64,000 bases of DNA from Candidatus Eiseniibacteriota bacterium. Lineage in GTDB: Bacteria > Eisenbacteria > RBG-16-71-46 > CAIMUX01 > VGJL01. Shown here one piece after another: positions 10,061 through 21,200 of this stretch. The translations under genes were made by a program, and so were the position numbers. The notes beneath the pieces were generated by a model that was not told the origin of the DNA, did not search any database, and worked only from the letters and a program-made list of their open reading frames with translations. Each line of letters opens with the position of its first letter. Position 1 is the stretch's first letter. The stretch covers positions 1,216,001 to 1,280,000 of the forward strand of contig CAWBWI010000003.1 in assembly GCA_963792585.1 (NCBI GenBank). The letters run 5' to 3'.

Positions 10061-10894
10061 ATGACAGACCGCATCAGATCCTCCCGCCGTCTCATCATCA
10101 TCGGCGCCGCCTTGTTGGCCGCAGCCGCCGTTGCCCTGGTCCTGGGGGTGGCCCCACCGTTCAGGTTCGATGCTTTCCCCGGGGTCGACCCAATTAAGGC
10201 CTCGCGAACGAGCGAGATCCAGGCCGGGATCGCCGTCCTCCTGGCCCTCGCACTGGCGATCGTGGCTGCCCGGGCGCCCGCCCGCCCTCGTGCCTCGATC
10301 GGCATTCTATTCGTGATCGGCGCCCTGGTGTTCCTGCTGGGGATTCCCCTGGCGGGCATCGCCCCCGCGCTCCTCGTCCACGGCCCTCACCTGCGCACGG
10401 CGATCTTCATCATGTTTCTATGCGGCATCGCGCATTTCGCCGCCGCCGGGCTGGTGGTTGCAGCGGCGTCTCGCCTTCCGGGACCAGCCATGTCGGAGGA
10501 CACGAGTGCGTGGAAAGTGAGGATTGCCCCAGCCGCCTTGTTCGGAATTGGCTCGTTCTTCTTGACGTTCCTCTTGGGGGGAGTGAGGTTCGCCGCCAAC
10601 GACACGGTAGCAAGACTCGTCGGTGGGCTCGTCCTCGTCGTTTTCGCGGGCGGATACTCCCTGCTCGTGACCTATGTGCTCTTGCGTGGCCTGCCCCGGG
10701 CGCGCCGAAATCACTGGATCGTCCTCGCCGTAAACGCCGTGCTTCTGCTCACCGCACCCATCGTTCTGATCTCCGAACAGAACGACAAGTCAGCGGGGCC
10801 GCAAGCGCTGGGAATCGCGATCATCTCGGTCGCGTGTTCGTACGGCGGCCTTGCGCTGGCAGCCCGTGCCATCAGGCGTCACGAGACGAGTTGA
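10061..10894 (+). CDS. Multi-pass membrane protein of unknown function
   Basis: About 8 hydrophobic segments; AGGAGG RBS. Confidence 0.75.
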   Translation: MTDRIRSSRRLIIIGAALLAAAAVALVLGVAPPFRFDAFPGVDPIKASRTSEIQAGIAVLLALALAIVAARAPARPRASIGILFVIGALVFLLGIPLAGIAPALLVHGPHLRTAIFIMFLCGIAHFAAAGLVVAAASRLPGPAMSEDTSAWKVRIAPAALFGIGSFFLTFLLGGVRFAANDTVARLVGGLVLVVFAGGYSLLVTYVLLRGLPRARRNHWIVLAVNAVLLLTAPIVLISEQNDKSAGPQALGIAIISVACSYGGLALAARAIRRHETS

Positions 10895-11090
10895 TGTCGG
10901 CGGGGCTCAGTTCAGGTCAAGGCCACGGCGGGAGAATGAGCCGTACCGGGATTCCCGGAGGCTCCGCCTCCTGAGGCCGGGGCAGCGGGAAGATCAGCAG
11001 GTACTCACCGAAGGTCCGGGAACTGGCCGTGGCTGCCCACCTTCTCCCCGGAGTTCAGGCTGCGGCCAGCGCGGCCGCGAAGGCCAGCGC

Positions 11091-11122
11091 GGTTCGAGCA
11101 ATTTCCTGTCTGGGGAGCCATC
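11091..11122 (+). repeat. Degenerate tRNA-Asn-like 3' end (att-like relic), copy 1
   Basis: GGTTCGAG-caatt-TCCTGTCT-GGGGAGCCA versus tRNA 9673-9697 GGTTCGAG-TCCTACTC-GGGGAGCCA; 19 bp identical to 33411-33429. Confidence 0.6.
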
Positions 11123-11159
11123 TAAAGACCGCGGACTATCCGCGGCGTTCCTGTTAGCA

Positions 11160-11194
11160 GAGAACCCCGAGACCGAGAGGTCCCGGGGTTTCTC
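11160..11194. terminator. Hairpin between convergent genes
   Basis: GAGAACCCCGAGACC-gaga-GGTCCCGGGGTTTCTC. Confidence 0.55.
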
Positions 11195-11253
11195 AATGAA
11201 GAGCCGTGGGCGAGTGAGTCTGCGCCGGCCGGACCGAGTGTGCAGCGGGACGC

Positions 11254-11682
11254 TCACTTCTCTGGAACGACATCCCACGGTCCCGTCGCCTCAATGAACA
11301 TCACACAAGGTTCGTCGCCCTCGACCTTCGCCACGTGCGGCATCTTGTCGGTTAACGCAAAGTAGGAACCCGGCGTCAGGCGGTGCTCCTTGCCGTCCAC
11401 GGTAAGCAGCAACGTGCCCGACACGGTCGTCACATAGTGATCTGGAGAATGATGATGAGGCGGTGTGACCAGCCCGGCCGCGTATTTCAAGTAGAATCGG
11501 CTCGGCCCCTTGGCCATGTCGCCGTCGACGACGACGGCGCTGACGCCGGGGATGCCGGTATCCTTCCACTGCAGTTCGGCGTTGGCCGTGACAACGCCCT
11601 TGCCTTTCGCGAACCCCACGGTCACCGCGGCCAAGGCCAGCGCGAGGCACATCGCGCCAGTCCACACGTGCTTCCGTATCAT
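11254..11682 (-). CDS. Exported cupin-domain protein (DUF4437-like)
   Basis: Signal peptide; PPHHHSPDHY..VSG and LTPGSY...PH cupin motifs. Confidence 0.8.
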   Translation of the reverse strand: MIRKHVWTGAMCLALALAAVTVGFAKGKGVVTANAELQWKDTGIPGVSAVVVDGDMAKGPSRFYLKYAAGLVTPPHHHSPDHYVTTVSGTLLLTVDGKEHRLTPGSYFALTDKMPHVAKVEGDEPCVMFIEATGPWDVVPEK

Positions 11683-11750
11683 CGCGTTCCCTCCTTCAGT
11701 ACGGATTCTATCTTCACTCCGGGATTGCGTTCCCGGTTCGATCGTGCAAC

Positions 11751-11770
11751 CCTACCATCTAGTAGGTAGG
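11751..11770. promoter_or_regulatory. Palindromic operator between the cupin and TetR genes
   Basis: CCTACC-at-CTAG-ta-GGTAGG dyad in the divergent intergenic region. Confidence 0.7.
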
Positions 11771-11885
11771 CGCGCAAGCAATGAATGGCCCCTTCTCCCG
11801 CCGGATCCTTAGCCGGTTACCGGGCTTCGAGACACGGTGGCGGGGCGCCTGATTGGACGCGTCTGGACACCCAAGGAGGTCTTCC

Positions 11886-12494
11886 GTGAGTGGAAAGCGC
11901 AGCGGGCGGTCGGCGGACCGGATTCTCGATGTCGCGGAACGCCTGGTTCAGGTGCGCGGATACAACGCCTTCAGCTATGCCGACGTCGCCCAGGCCCTCG
12001 GCATCCAGAAGGCGAGCCTGCACCATCACTACCCCACCAAGGCGGATCTGGGCCTGGCCTTGGTGGAGCGTTACCGCCGGACGTTTCTCGATGCGTTGCA
12101 GCGAATCGAAACGGACAAGAGCAGCGCGTTCGAACGTTTGGAGCAGTATGCCGGCCTCTACCGAACCGTGCTACGCCGCGGGCGCATGTGCATGTGTGGC
12201 ATGCTGGCCGCGGACGTGGCCACCCTGCCAAGGGCCATGCGTGCGGGCATCACGGAGTTCTTTGAGGAGAACGAGGCCTGGCTGCTCCGAGTTCTCGATG
12301 CGGGCAGGAACCATGGCGAGATCAGCTTTGACGGATCGAGCGGATCGATGGCGACGCTTCTTGTCAGCTCCATGGAAGGCGCGATGCTCGTGGCGCGCGC
12401 GAACGGCAAGCTCGACCAGTTCGACGAGGTTGTCGGGCACCTCCTTGATCCCCTCCGCCCCCCGGAGAAACCGAAGCGCCGCCGGAGGACCTGA
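11886..12494 (+). CDS. TetR/AcrR family regulator (NemR-like)
   Basis: ILDVAERLVQVRGYNAFSYADVA..LGIQKASLHHHYPTKADL, MCMCGML; GTG 11886 after AAGGAGG. Confidence 0.92.
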   Translation: MSGKRSGRSADRILDVAERLVQVRGYNAFSYADVAQALGIQKASLHHHYPTKADLGLALVERYRRTFLDALQRIETDKSSAFERLEQYAGLYRTVLRRGRMCMCGMLAADVATLPRAMRAGITEFFEENEAWLLRVLDAGRNHGEISFDGSSGSMATLLVSSMEGAMLVARANGKLDQFDEVVGHLLDPLRPPEKPKRRRRT

Positions 12495-12610
12495 CGTCGC
12501 GGGGCGAGATTGATCCTTGCCCTTCGTACTCCGCGAAAGCTCCACCTGACCACCGAAGGGTGGCCGCGACTTCCTGCCCGTGACCAGATCTTCGGTCCTC
12601 GCGGGAGCCA

Positions 12611-13256
12611 TGTAGCGCCCGAGTTTTCCTGGAGGCAACTGAGCACGGGCATGCCGCGAAGTCTGAGGGCTGGACGTTGGAACCGCCCGCGATCTCACGT
12701 GGGCCGAGGGGTGTGAACTGATCTACGCATCCAGGCTGAGGAAGATGAAGTGGTCCAGCGCCTCCTGTCGCAGAGTCCGCATGAATCGCTCGATGTGAGG
12801 ACTTGCGTTCGACGCTCCGTACGGAATCGGCAGGCCCTCCACTCCGATTACTTCGTGGAGCCAGCGATCGAGATGGCATCAATAGCTGTGGGTCTTTCCG
12901 TCCCGCTCCACGCTCACCGGTCTACCGAACTGCGCGAAGATCCCGTCGTTGTCATGGATGAGGAGTCGCGGCGTTCGATCCCAGGCCGTCGCCTCGCGGA
13001 TCTGCTGCTTGACCCAGGACAGGGTCGGCTTGGTAGTCACGTTCACGTGGACGATCCTCCTCTACGGGATCTCCATGAGCACGAGACGTAGGCGACGGTG
13101 AAGAGGGTGGTGTACCGGGTGAGGAAGTCACAAGCCCAGACCTCCTTCAGGGGCTCTATGAGAGAGTGGAGCGTATCACGGAGCCGGACAAGTTCTGCCG
13201 GATGACGGCGTACAGAGTCTTCGCGGACTACGACGATCGGCTTTTCGGATACTGCG
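12611..13256. mobile_element. Decayed IS-like remnant without transposase
   Basis: The broken ORF 12750..13091 resembles, from memory, the conserved hypothetical segment that accompanies rve-integrase IS elements. The region ends in an IS-end-like motif (13234-13256). Boundaries are approximate. Confidence 0.4.
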
Positions 13257-13280
13257 AGACTCAGAGTATTCGGATGGCGC

Positions 13281-13310
13281 TTGACAGACCGCTCCGGAGA
13301 TCGGTATACT
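13281..13310 (+). promoter_or_regulatory. Near-consensus sigma-70 promoter
   Basis: TTGACA-N18-TATACT upstream of the LVIVD-repeat gene. Confidence 0.7.
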
Positions 13311-13405
13311 CACTAGTTTCATTCTGACTCGAGCGCACATGAGATCGTGCAAAGATTCCCCAAGCCAATCCAAGGAGTTCCCCCAGGCCTATCCGGCCGC
13401 TACCG

Positions 13406-16400
13406 TTGGTCCGTGCAGGACTTGTCTGCGCCTTCGCCGTCCTCTTCGCCGTGCGCGCCCAGTCCGCCGTCGTCCGATCCTTCACGGAATCGTTCGAGAA
13501 CACCACCTACCAGGACCCCGTCGAGACGACGGCGGATTGGAACACCTCTGCGGGGGAGATCCGGCTCTTCCCGTTTCAGCCGAATATCCTCGACACAGTG
13601 AACACGCCAGGTACAGCGACCGGGGTGTTCGTGGACGGCGACTACGGTTTCGTGGCGGACTTCACCGGCGGGCTTCACATCTTCGACGTTTCCGACCCAT
13701 CCGTACCGGTGCTCCTCTCGACTTTCGCCTCCACCGTGCAGGCGGTGATCGCCTCGGGTGATTTCGCCTACCTGGCGGCGGGCACGGGCGGCCTGAAGAT
13801 CGTGGGGATCGCCAATCCCTCGGCCCCGACGCTGGTCGGCTCCGTTGCGACCTCAGGCGCGACCGGGATCGCGGTCGCGGGAGGGCACGCCTATGTCGCC
13901 GACGGCTCCTCGGGCCTGCGGGTGATCGCGATCAGCAATCCCTCCGCGCCGTCCATCGTGGCCACCTTCAACACCGCCGGGTCCGCCACCGATGTCGAGG
14001 TGGACGGCGACTTCGTCTACCTGGCGGACGGCGGTGGCGGGTTCCTGATCTTCGACGTGACCACTCCTTCCGCTCCGTCGCTCCTCGCCACCGTGGACAC
14101 GCCGGGCAACTGCTTCGGGCTCGATGTCCGCGGCAATCGGGCTTACATCACGGACAGCGTGGCGGGCCTGCAGATCTACGACCTGACCTCCCGGCAGTTC
14201 CCGGCCCTCATCGGTTCGATCGCGATCGCCACCCCCAACGATGTCTTCGCCTCGGGCGACCGAGCCTACATCGCCGGGAACACCGCCGGGATTCGCATCA
14301 TTGACCTCTCCAACGAGGCTTCGCCCCAGCTCCTCTACACCCTCGACACCACCGACGCCGATGACGTGGTCATCGAGGACGAAGTCGCCTATGTGGCGGA
14401 TGGATCGGCCGGTCTCAGGACGATCCGCGTATCCCAGCACACCGGCGCGCCCCGGCAGGTGGCCACGGTTTCCTCCGTCTTCACCACCGAGGACATCGCG
14501 GTCTCCGGCACCCTGGCCTACGTCGCGGACCGCACGGCCGGACTCAAGATCGTCGACCTCTCCGCCGTGGGCGCGCCGGCGGTCGTGGGGACATACGACA
14601 CCGGCAACCAGGCTTCCAGCGTGGCCGTCGCTGGGGAGTTCGCCTACGTGGGCGACACCGGGAACATCCTCGTCTTCGACGTCTCCGACCCGACCAACCC
14701 GACGCTTTCCAGCACGACCTATGTCGGGCCTTACGTCTGGGATCTCTTCATCGCCGGCGACCGGCTCTACGGGGCGATCGATGGGAGCGGTCTGAAGATC
14801 TTCGACATCTCGAATCCGACCAGCCCGACGCTCCTCGGTTCGTACAATACCTCCTCCGCGGCCATCGGCGTGTTCGTGGCCGGAAACAGCGCCTTTCTCG
14901 CCGTGACCAACGACGGACTTCTCATCGTCAACGTCAGCAACCCGGCCAGCCCCACTCTTACCGCCACCTTCAACACTCCCGGGCAGGCACACAAGGTCGT
15001 GGTGGCGGGCAACATCGCCTATGTGGCGGATCAGGGGTCGCTCCTTGCGATCGACGTGACCAATCTCGCCGCCCCGACCCTCCTGGGCTCTCTGCAGGGA
15101 GCCTCCTCGGAGGCCGATGCGCTGGTTCTCGACGGGAACCGCGTCTTTCTGAGCCAGTTCAGCTACCTCGGTGTAGCCGATGTCTCTGAGCCGTCCACCC
15201 CGTTCTTTGAATCCAGCTACTCGAGGACCGGCTCGTACGGCCTGGCGCGATGGGGCCTGTACGTTCTCACGGGCCGGCGGTTCGAGATCCTCATGACAGG
15301 TCAGGATCAGTTCGACACGACCCGGCCGCGAGGTCAGTCATTGACCCTGAGCGCCGCCATCCCGGTCGTTCGGGCCCGGCTCTCGTCGGTCCAGAACGGT
15401 TCCGTGCTTTGGGAGTTGACCGCCGACGGCGGAACGACCTGGCAGGAGGCGCAGCCGGGCGGGCCGGCCACCCGCTTGTCACCGGTCGGCTCCGATCTCC
15501 GCTGGCGATCGACCCATCAGGACGGCTTCCCGCTGGTCAACCCCACGGCCAGTTCGGTGACGATCGATTGGTTCCACGAGAGCGCGGAGATCGATGGCAT
15601 GGCCGATGTCCCCGACGACCAGGGCGGATTCCTCCGGCTCGCCTTTGGCCGATCCGGATTCGATTTCGTCGAGGAGACGACTTCTCCCGCGACCGGCTAT
15701 CAGATATACGGACGGGTCGAGGACGAACGGCTTCTCCGGGCAGTGGCGTCCGCTCCGATTCCCGGGGATCCTTCCGCCTCCCGCTTTCCCGGCCTGGCGC
15801 AGCTCGACACGGAGCGCCTACGTATTCTCGATGGCCGTTTCTTCGTGGTCGGCGACCCGCTGGCCGTGGGCGATTTCCCGCCCGGGACCTGGGAGGCCTT
15901 GTCCTGGGTGGCGGCCCTCCAGCGCGATCAGTACCTGGCCCGCGTCGCCAGCCGGGGGGATTCCACCGGCGGCGGTATCCCCTGGACGACCTACTGTGTC
16001 ACCACCCACACCACGGTGCCGTCGATCTGGTACGCGAGCGCGCCGGACAGCGGCTACTCCATCGACAACATCGCGCCGCAGATCCCGGAACACCTGATCT
16101 TCCCCTCTCCCGGGCTCCTCTCTTGGGACTTCTCTCCTGATGATGACTTCGCCTACTTCAGCGTCTATGGCTCCGCCCACGGGACGTTCGACGAGACGGC
16201 GGTCTTGATCGGCAATACCATTACGCCGGAGTTCGACGTGTCGCGAGATCCATACGCCTACTATCACGTCACGGCGACGGACGATGCGGACAACGAAAGC
16301 GAGGCGGCCTCGATCATGAGCCCCACGGCGGACGTGGCTTTCCCCATCGACCGTCCGGTCAGCTACGCCTTGCACCCTCTGCGGCCGAATCCGGCGCCGG

Positions 16401-16663
16401 GATCCGTCGAAGTCGCCTTCAGCCTGCCGGAAGCGGGCCGGGTATCCCTGGAAGTCCTTGACGTAGGTGGGCGCGTCTTGCGGGCTCTATCCAACGGCGT
16501 CTTTCCGGCCGGCACCCACAGGGCGACCTGGGACGGGAACGACGGCCAGGGCCTGCCCGCGGCGGCGGGGCTCTACTTCGTGCGCATGCAGGCCGGGGAC
16601 TTCGCAGCCTCGGCAAAGCTCCTGCGCATCCGCGGATCACAAGGACCTAGATCCCCGAGATAG
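13406..16663 (+). CDS. Secreted LVIVD-repeat beta-propeller protein with C-terminal FlgD-Ig/T9SS-like domain
   Basis: Signal peptide; more than ten repeats of AYVAD...GL.I.DVS.P..P.L; tail PNP..F.LP..V.LEV.DV.GR..R.L..WDG.D..G...AAGLYF. Start uncertain. Confidence 0.88.
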   Translation: MVRAGLVCAFAVLFAVRAQSAVVRSFTESFENTTYQDPVETTADWNTSAGEIRLFPFQPNILDTVNTPGTATGVFVDGDYGFVADFTGGLHIFDVSDPSVPVLLSTFASTVQAVIASGDFAYLAAGTGGLKIVGIANPSAPTLVGSVATSGATGIAVAGGHAYVADGSSGLRVIAISNPSAPSIVATFNTAGSATDVEVDGDFVYLADGGGGFLIFDVTTPSAPSLLATVDTPGNCFGLDVRGNRAYITDSVAGLQIYDLTSRQFPALIGSIAIATPNDVFASGDRAYIAGNTAGIRIIDLSNEASPQLLYTLDTTDADDVVIEDEVAYVADGSAGLRTIRVSQHTGAPRQVATVSSVFTTEDIAVSGTLAYVADRTAGLKIVDLSAVGAPAVVGTYDTGNQASSVAVAGEFAYVGDTGNILVFDVSDPTNPTLSSTTYVGPYVWDLFIAGDRLYGAIDGSGLKIFDISNPTSPTLLGSYNTSSAAIGVFVAGNSAFLAVTNDGLLIVNVSNPASPTLTATFNTPGQAHKVVVAGNIAYVADQGSLLAIDVTNLAAPTLLGSLQGASSEADALVLDGNRVFLSQFSYLGVADVSEPSTPFFESSYSRTGSYGLARWGLYVLTGRRFEILMTGQDQFDTTRPRGQSLTLSAAIPVVRARLSSVQNGSVLWELTADGGTTWQEAQPGGPATRLSPVGSDLRWRSTHQDGFPLVNPTASSVTIDWFHESAEIDGMADVPDDQGGFLRLAFGRSGFDFVEETTSPATGYQIYGRVEDERLLRAVASAPIPGDPSASRFPGLAQLDTERLRILDGRFFVVGDPLAVGDFPPGTWEALSWVAALQRDQYLARVASRGDSTGGGIPWTTYCVTTHTTVPSIWYASAPDSGYSIDNIAPQIPEHLIFPSPGLLSWDFSPDDDFAYFSVYGSAHGTFDETAVLIGNTITPEFDVSRDPYAYYHVTATDDADNESEAASIMSPTADVAFPIDRPVSYALHPLRPNPAPGSVEVAFSLPEAGRVSLEVLDVGGRVLRALSNGVFPAGTHRATWDGNDGQGLPAAAGLYFVRMQAGDFAASAKLLRIRGSQGPRSPR

Positions 16664-16981
16664 GCTCCTACCGGCGGTCAGGCTCTCCCTCCTGTGGGTC
16701 CCGAAAGCCCGAACGGCCGAGACGGAACACACTTCTCTCCTCCAACCGATGCGGGAATCCTCGGCTGGCCATAGTCGTACGGGATGCTCGAGAGCGGAGA
16801 TGCAACGGCACTCTTACCCCAAAGCGTGGCACGACGGCGGTCGAATCAGAGGCTCCGGTGTCACGAACTCCCGCGCGATTCTCTGGTTCAGGGCGATCGT
16901 GGAACCATGGAACGACGGATCGTGTCGGGGGAGTGCCGGATGTCGAACTTGGCGGCGAACTGCTCCAACCGGCTAGGATGT

Positions 16982-17016
16982 GCGGAGGCCCTCGATCCCA
17001 TGATCGAGGACCCCGC
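16982..17016. terminator. Hairpin between convergent genes
   Basis: GCGGAGGCCCTCGATC-ccat-GATCGAGGACCCCGC, imperfect stem. Confidence 0.4.
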
Positions 17017-17066
17017 CTTCTGCGGCCGGCGGAACGCACTCCGCACCATGACCGAGGCCCGTCCCT

Positions 17067-18215
17067 CTACATCCCCGGCGGCTCCAGTCTCACGGGCAGG
17101 TGTTCGACATCCTGGGGATAGTCGAGCTCCCTGACGATGATCTCGTCCGCGCCGGTCCGCGTATCGATCCGGTGCAGCGTTCCCTCGAAGTTGACGATGG
17201 CGTAGGCATAGTTCCCGATGACGACGATCCCCGTGATGTTGCCCTCCGGGAGCGTGGCGACGTCCTGGGGCTCGCCGGTCTCCGTGAATCGGCGGATCAC
17301 CCTCCCGCCGCAGAGGTAGAAGAGCCCTCCGTTGTAGTCGATCGCGCCGAGCCAGCCTCCCCATGAGGGGAACGAGCGGAAGACCGAAGCCTCGTGTGTG
17401 TTCAGATCGAAGGCGAGCAGCTCGTTGTTTCCGTTCTCGGAGAGGATCAGTTGGCTGCCCACGACGCGGCCGTCGATGTTCTGCAGGCTGTCATCCGACG
17501 GGTTCGGCATCTCGACCCACGCTTCCAGTGCCCCGTTAGGCCCCATGAACGCCACGCTGTCGCTCTCGTTCGATGCGAAGGCGAAGCCCCCCGAGGGAAG
17601 CATCGCGAAGTCGTACCCGGTCACCGTGGGATCGTCGATGTCGATGCGGCCGACCTCGGCTCCCGTGTAGTCCAATTCCCGGACTCCGTGGTTCGCCTTC
17701 ACGAAGATCCGGGTCCCCAGGACCTCGACCGTTGCTGTCGTCGGCGAGAGGATAAAAGACTGCCCTCGTGCACCGACGGCGATCAGTCCATCCCCGGACT
17801 GGACGAGAAGGGTCCCTTCCATGACCTCGACGGCCGCGTCATCGACAGCGACACCTTCGCGACCATCGTCGACGGTGACCGTGATCGAGTGGGACCGGTT
17901 CCCGGCTGCCGCGACCCATTTCACGGCCGCACCGCTCCCCACGATGGTTCCATCCTCGGCCTGCCAAGTGTATTGCATCGGATCGCCATCACCATCCCGG
18001 GCGTGGCACCAGATCTGGACGCTGTCGGCCGGAGCGGTCACCGGGACGCTGACGCGCATGCTGTCGATCACGGGAGCGAGGTTGTCGTCCTGGCCGCCCG
18101 TGGGAGAACCGTCGTCGTCATCTCCACACCCGGCCAGCCCGGTCGCGGCTGCGAGAGCGAACGCGACGACCATGAGCCGGGCGTTCCTCGAGAAACCGAT
18201 GGCACCGCCACTCAT
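17067..18215 (-). CDS. Lipoprotein with Ig-like (PKD/Big) domain and probable beta-propeller
   Basis: Lipobox LAG-C; NLAPVI..A.DGDGDP.QYTW..ITVTVDDG; ATGA coupling to the upstream FG-GAP gene. Confidence 0.8.
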   Translation of the reverse strand: MSGGAIGFSRNARLMVVAFALAAATGLAGCGDDDDGSPTGGQDDNLAPVIDSMRVSVPVTAPADSVQIWCHARDGDGDPMQYTWQAEDGTIVGSGAAVKWVAAAGNRSHSITVTVDDGREGVAVDDAAVEVMEGTLLVQSGDGLIAVGARGQSFILSPTTATVEVLGTRIFVKANHGVRELDYTGAEVGRIDIDDPTVTGYDFAMLPSGGFAFASNESDSVAFMGPNGALEAWVEMPNPSDDSLQNIDGRVVGSQLILSENGNNELLAFDLNTHEASVFRSFPSWGGWLGAIDYNGGLFYLCGGRVIRRFTETGEPQDVATLPEGNITGIVVIGNYAYAIVNFEGTLHRIDTRTGADEIIVRELDYPQDVEHLPVRLEPPGM

Positions 18216-21200
18216 TGTGAAACCTCCATCAACACGACCTGCTGATGCCTCTCCATCCCTGCATGGGCGAGCGTGAGCCAATAGACGCCGATGGGCAGCC
18301 GGCGACCTGCGTCGTCGGCGCCGTTCCAGAAGACTTCATGGGAGCCCGCGGTCATCGCGCCGTCGCCGATGGTGCGAACGCGACGGCCCTGGATGTCGTG
18401 TACGGTGATCCTCGCCGGACCTGCGTCCGGAATGGCGAATATGATCCGCGTGCTGGCCGAGAACGGGTTGGGGTAGGCCGCGAGACGCAGCATTTCGGGG
18501 AGCGGCTGTTCCTCATCCGCGTCGGCCAGCGACCCCTCCGCACGAAGATCGGTCTCGGTCGCGGCGTTTCCGCTGGGCGAGAACCACGGCGTTCGCGGGA
18601 AGTAGGGATTTCTCGATGCGATGCGAAGTCGCCAGTGGTGCTCCGTTGCGGGCACGAGCAGACCGTAGGTCTCGATGATCGATACCGCGCTCCCTCCCTC
18701 GGCCGGGGCTCCCGTGTCGTGCATCGATCCGCGCTGGATCCGGGCGCCCTGGAAGGAATCCCCTGTAGGCTCGATCTGCCACTCCAGCCGGACCTCACCG
18801 CGCCCGCCCGCCATGCGTCCGAGCGCCCGAAGGGCGACCGAGTTGCTGGAGTGGGCGAGCCCGCGCAGCGCAATGGGTGCAGTCAGGTCGGCTCGGAGCT
18901 GATCCGGCGCTCGCGGCAGGCCTCGGCTGTCGTTCCCGTAGTAGACGAGCGCGCGCCCCTCTTCGGTCTGGCCCAGGGTGAAAGGCGGGCGCCGGCGAGG
19001 ATGTCGCTGAACCCATCGCCGTTCACGTCGGCGGATGCCGCGGAGGAGCCGAAGAACGCCCCTGACTGGGTTCCATAGATCCGTAGAGCGTTGTCGATCA
19101 CGCCATCCGGGCCGCCCCTCAGGAAGCTCAGATGCCCGCAATCGAGATCGCCGGTGTCGAAGTTGGTGCTGTGGGTTGTTCCGACTACGATGTCGGAGAA
19201 TCCATCCGCGTCGAAATCGCCCGCCGACCCAACGCTGTAACCGAACTGCCCGCTGCCGCCGAGGAGGGTGGTCCTGCTGAAATACCCCGCGTCGGTGCCG
19301 TAGATGACAAGGATCCCGGGGATCTCGGGTAGGCCCCACGTGGCGTCCGGGGCCCCGATCACCATGTCGCTGAAACCATCGCCGTTGACGTCCCCGGCGC
19401 CGGCGAGCGACCAGCCCAGGTGGGCGCCTTCGTCATAGCCCGTGGCCTGCCATCCCGCGGAAGTCCTCAGCCCGCCCGAGTAGCCGCGGAAGTACCATGC
19501 GATGCCCTCGTCGGTGAATGTGGCGTCGTAGTAGGGCGCTCCGACCGCCGCGTCGCAGTAGCCGTCCGCATTCATGTCCCCGACCCCGTCCACGACGAAG
19601 CCCGCCAGCGCGTTTGTCTGGTCTCCTTCGATCGACCAGCTCGCGGTCTCCGACAATCCGGTGGCGAAGCCTCGGTACAGGGCCGCCTTTCCCTCCATGC
19701 TCTGTCCGTTGGTGTAGCCCGGCATCCCGATGATCACGTCGGCGTAACCATTGCCGTCCGTGTCCCCGGCGCTCGAGACCGAGTACCCGCACCCCGCGTT
19801 CGCGACCTCTCCCGCGCAGCTCCACGCCGCATTCGCAGGCGTCCCCATCGGCGCCCCACCGGCCGTGCCGTACCAGAGGTAGGCGGCGCCCTCGTTCGAC
19901 AGCGACCCATCATAGGAAGGAGAGCCCACGAGCACATCGTCGTAGCCGTCGCCGTTCACATCGCCCGCCCCGGCGACGGACATGCCGAAGTCCGCTTCGG
20001 CCTGATTGCTCTCGGCCCACCAGTCGGGGAGGATACTGGGACCGGCGCCGTGGCCGAGGAAGAGGAAGGCCGCTCCCTCGTTCGACTGACCGTTGTCGTA
20101 GTTCGGGGCGCCGACGAGGATCTCGTCGAACCCGTCTCCGTTGACGTCACCGGCATTGGCGACCGCGAATCCGAAGTTGGCGCCGGTCTGGTTGCTGTCG
20201 ATGGCCCAACCTGCACTCTTCCGCGGCAGGTCGCCCGAACCGTGGAAGACCCACGCCCGCCCGGCATGGCTGAATGCTCCTGAGTAGCGAACGGCTGTGA
20301 CCAGCACGTCGCTGAACCCGTCCCCGTTGACGTCGCCCGCGGTGGCCGCGACGATGCCCAAGAGACAATCCGCCTGGTCGCCTTCCGTGGTCCACGTCGG
20401 CTCCGCCGGCAGCCCGCTGCGCGAGCCGTAGTAGACGTAGGCGCGGCCGACGCGTGTGCTGTCGGGGAGCATGTAAGTCATCGCGCCGATGCACACGTCG
20501 CTAAGCCCGTCGCCGTTGACGTCGCCCGCCGTGCCGACGCAGCCGCCAAAGTCGCATTCGGGGTTGTTCCCCTCGGCGGACCATGAGGGACTGCCCTCGA
20601 GGCCTTCCGCACACCCCTGGTACAGGACAACGCGCCCCTCCCCGGGCTCGGGATTGTTGTAGAGCTGTGCGACGAGAACGTCCGCGTAACCGTCGCCATC
20701 CACATCGCCGGCGCCGGCAATGGAGCATCCGAAATACGATCCGGGACCGTCGCCGTCCGCAGTCCATGCGGGTTCGGTCGAGAGGGGTAGGGGCGATCCA
20801 AGGAAGAGATAGGCGCGTCCGGGGCCTTCCCGCATCGCGCTCAGGATGAAGTCATCGTATCCGTCGCCGTTCACGTCCCCCGCGGTTCCGCAACCTGCGC
20901 CGTAGTAGGAGTGCTCGACCACACCATCGTTCGTCCATGCGTGGGTGTTCGCGAGCCCCGATGCCGATCCGAGGTAAACCCACGCGCGACCCTGTTGCGA
21001 GAGACCCGCGTCGTACCAGATCGCGGCGATAATGACGTCGTCGAAGCCGTCCCCATTGACGTCGCCGGCCGTGGACGCGTACCCCCCGAACTTCGTGTTG
21101 TCGGGCGTGTCGGAGTCCAGGATCCAGGATGGGCCTGTCAGGCCGCTCGAGGAACCGTGATAGACATAGACCCTGCCAAGGGTGCCATCGTCGTTGTGAT

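Noticed and set aside
11040..11122. A second intact tRNA gene
   Set aside because: No D arm or anticodon arm, and the T loop is disrupted; kept only as an att-like relic.
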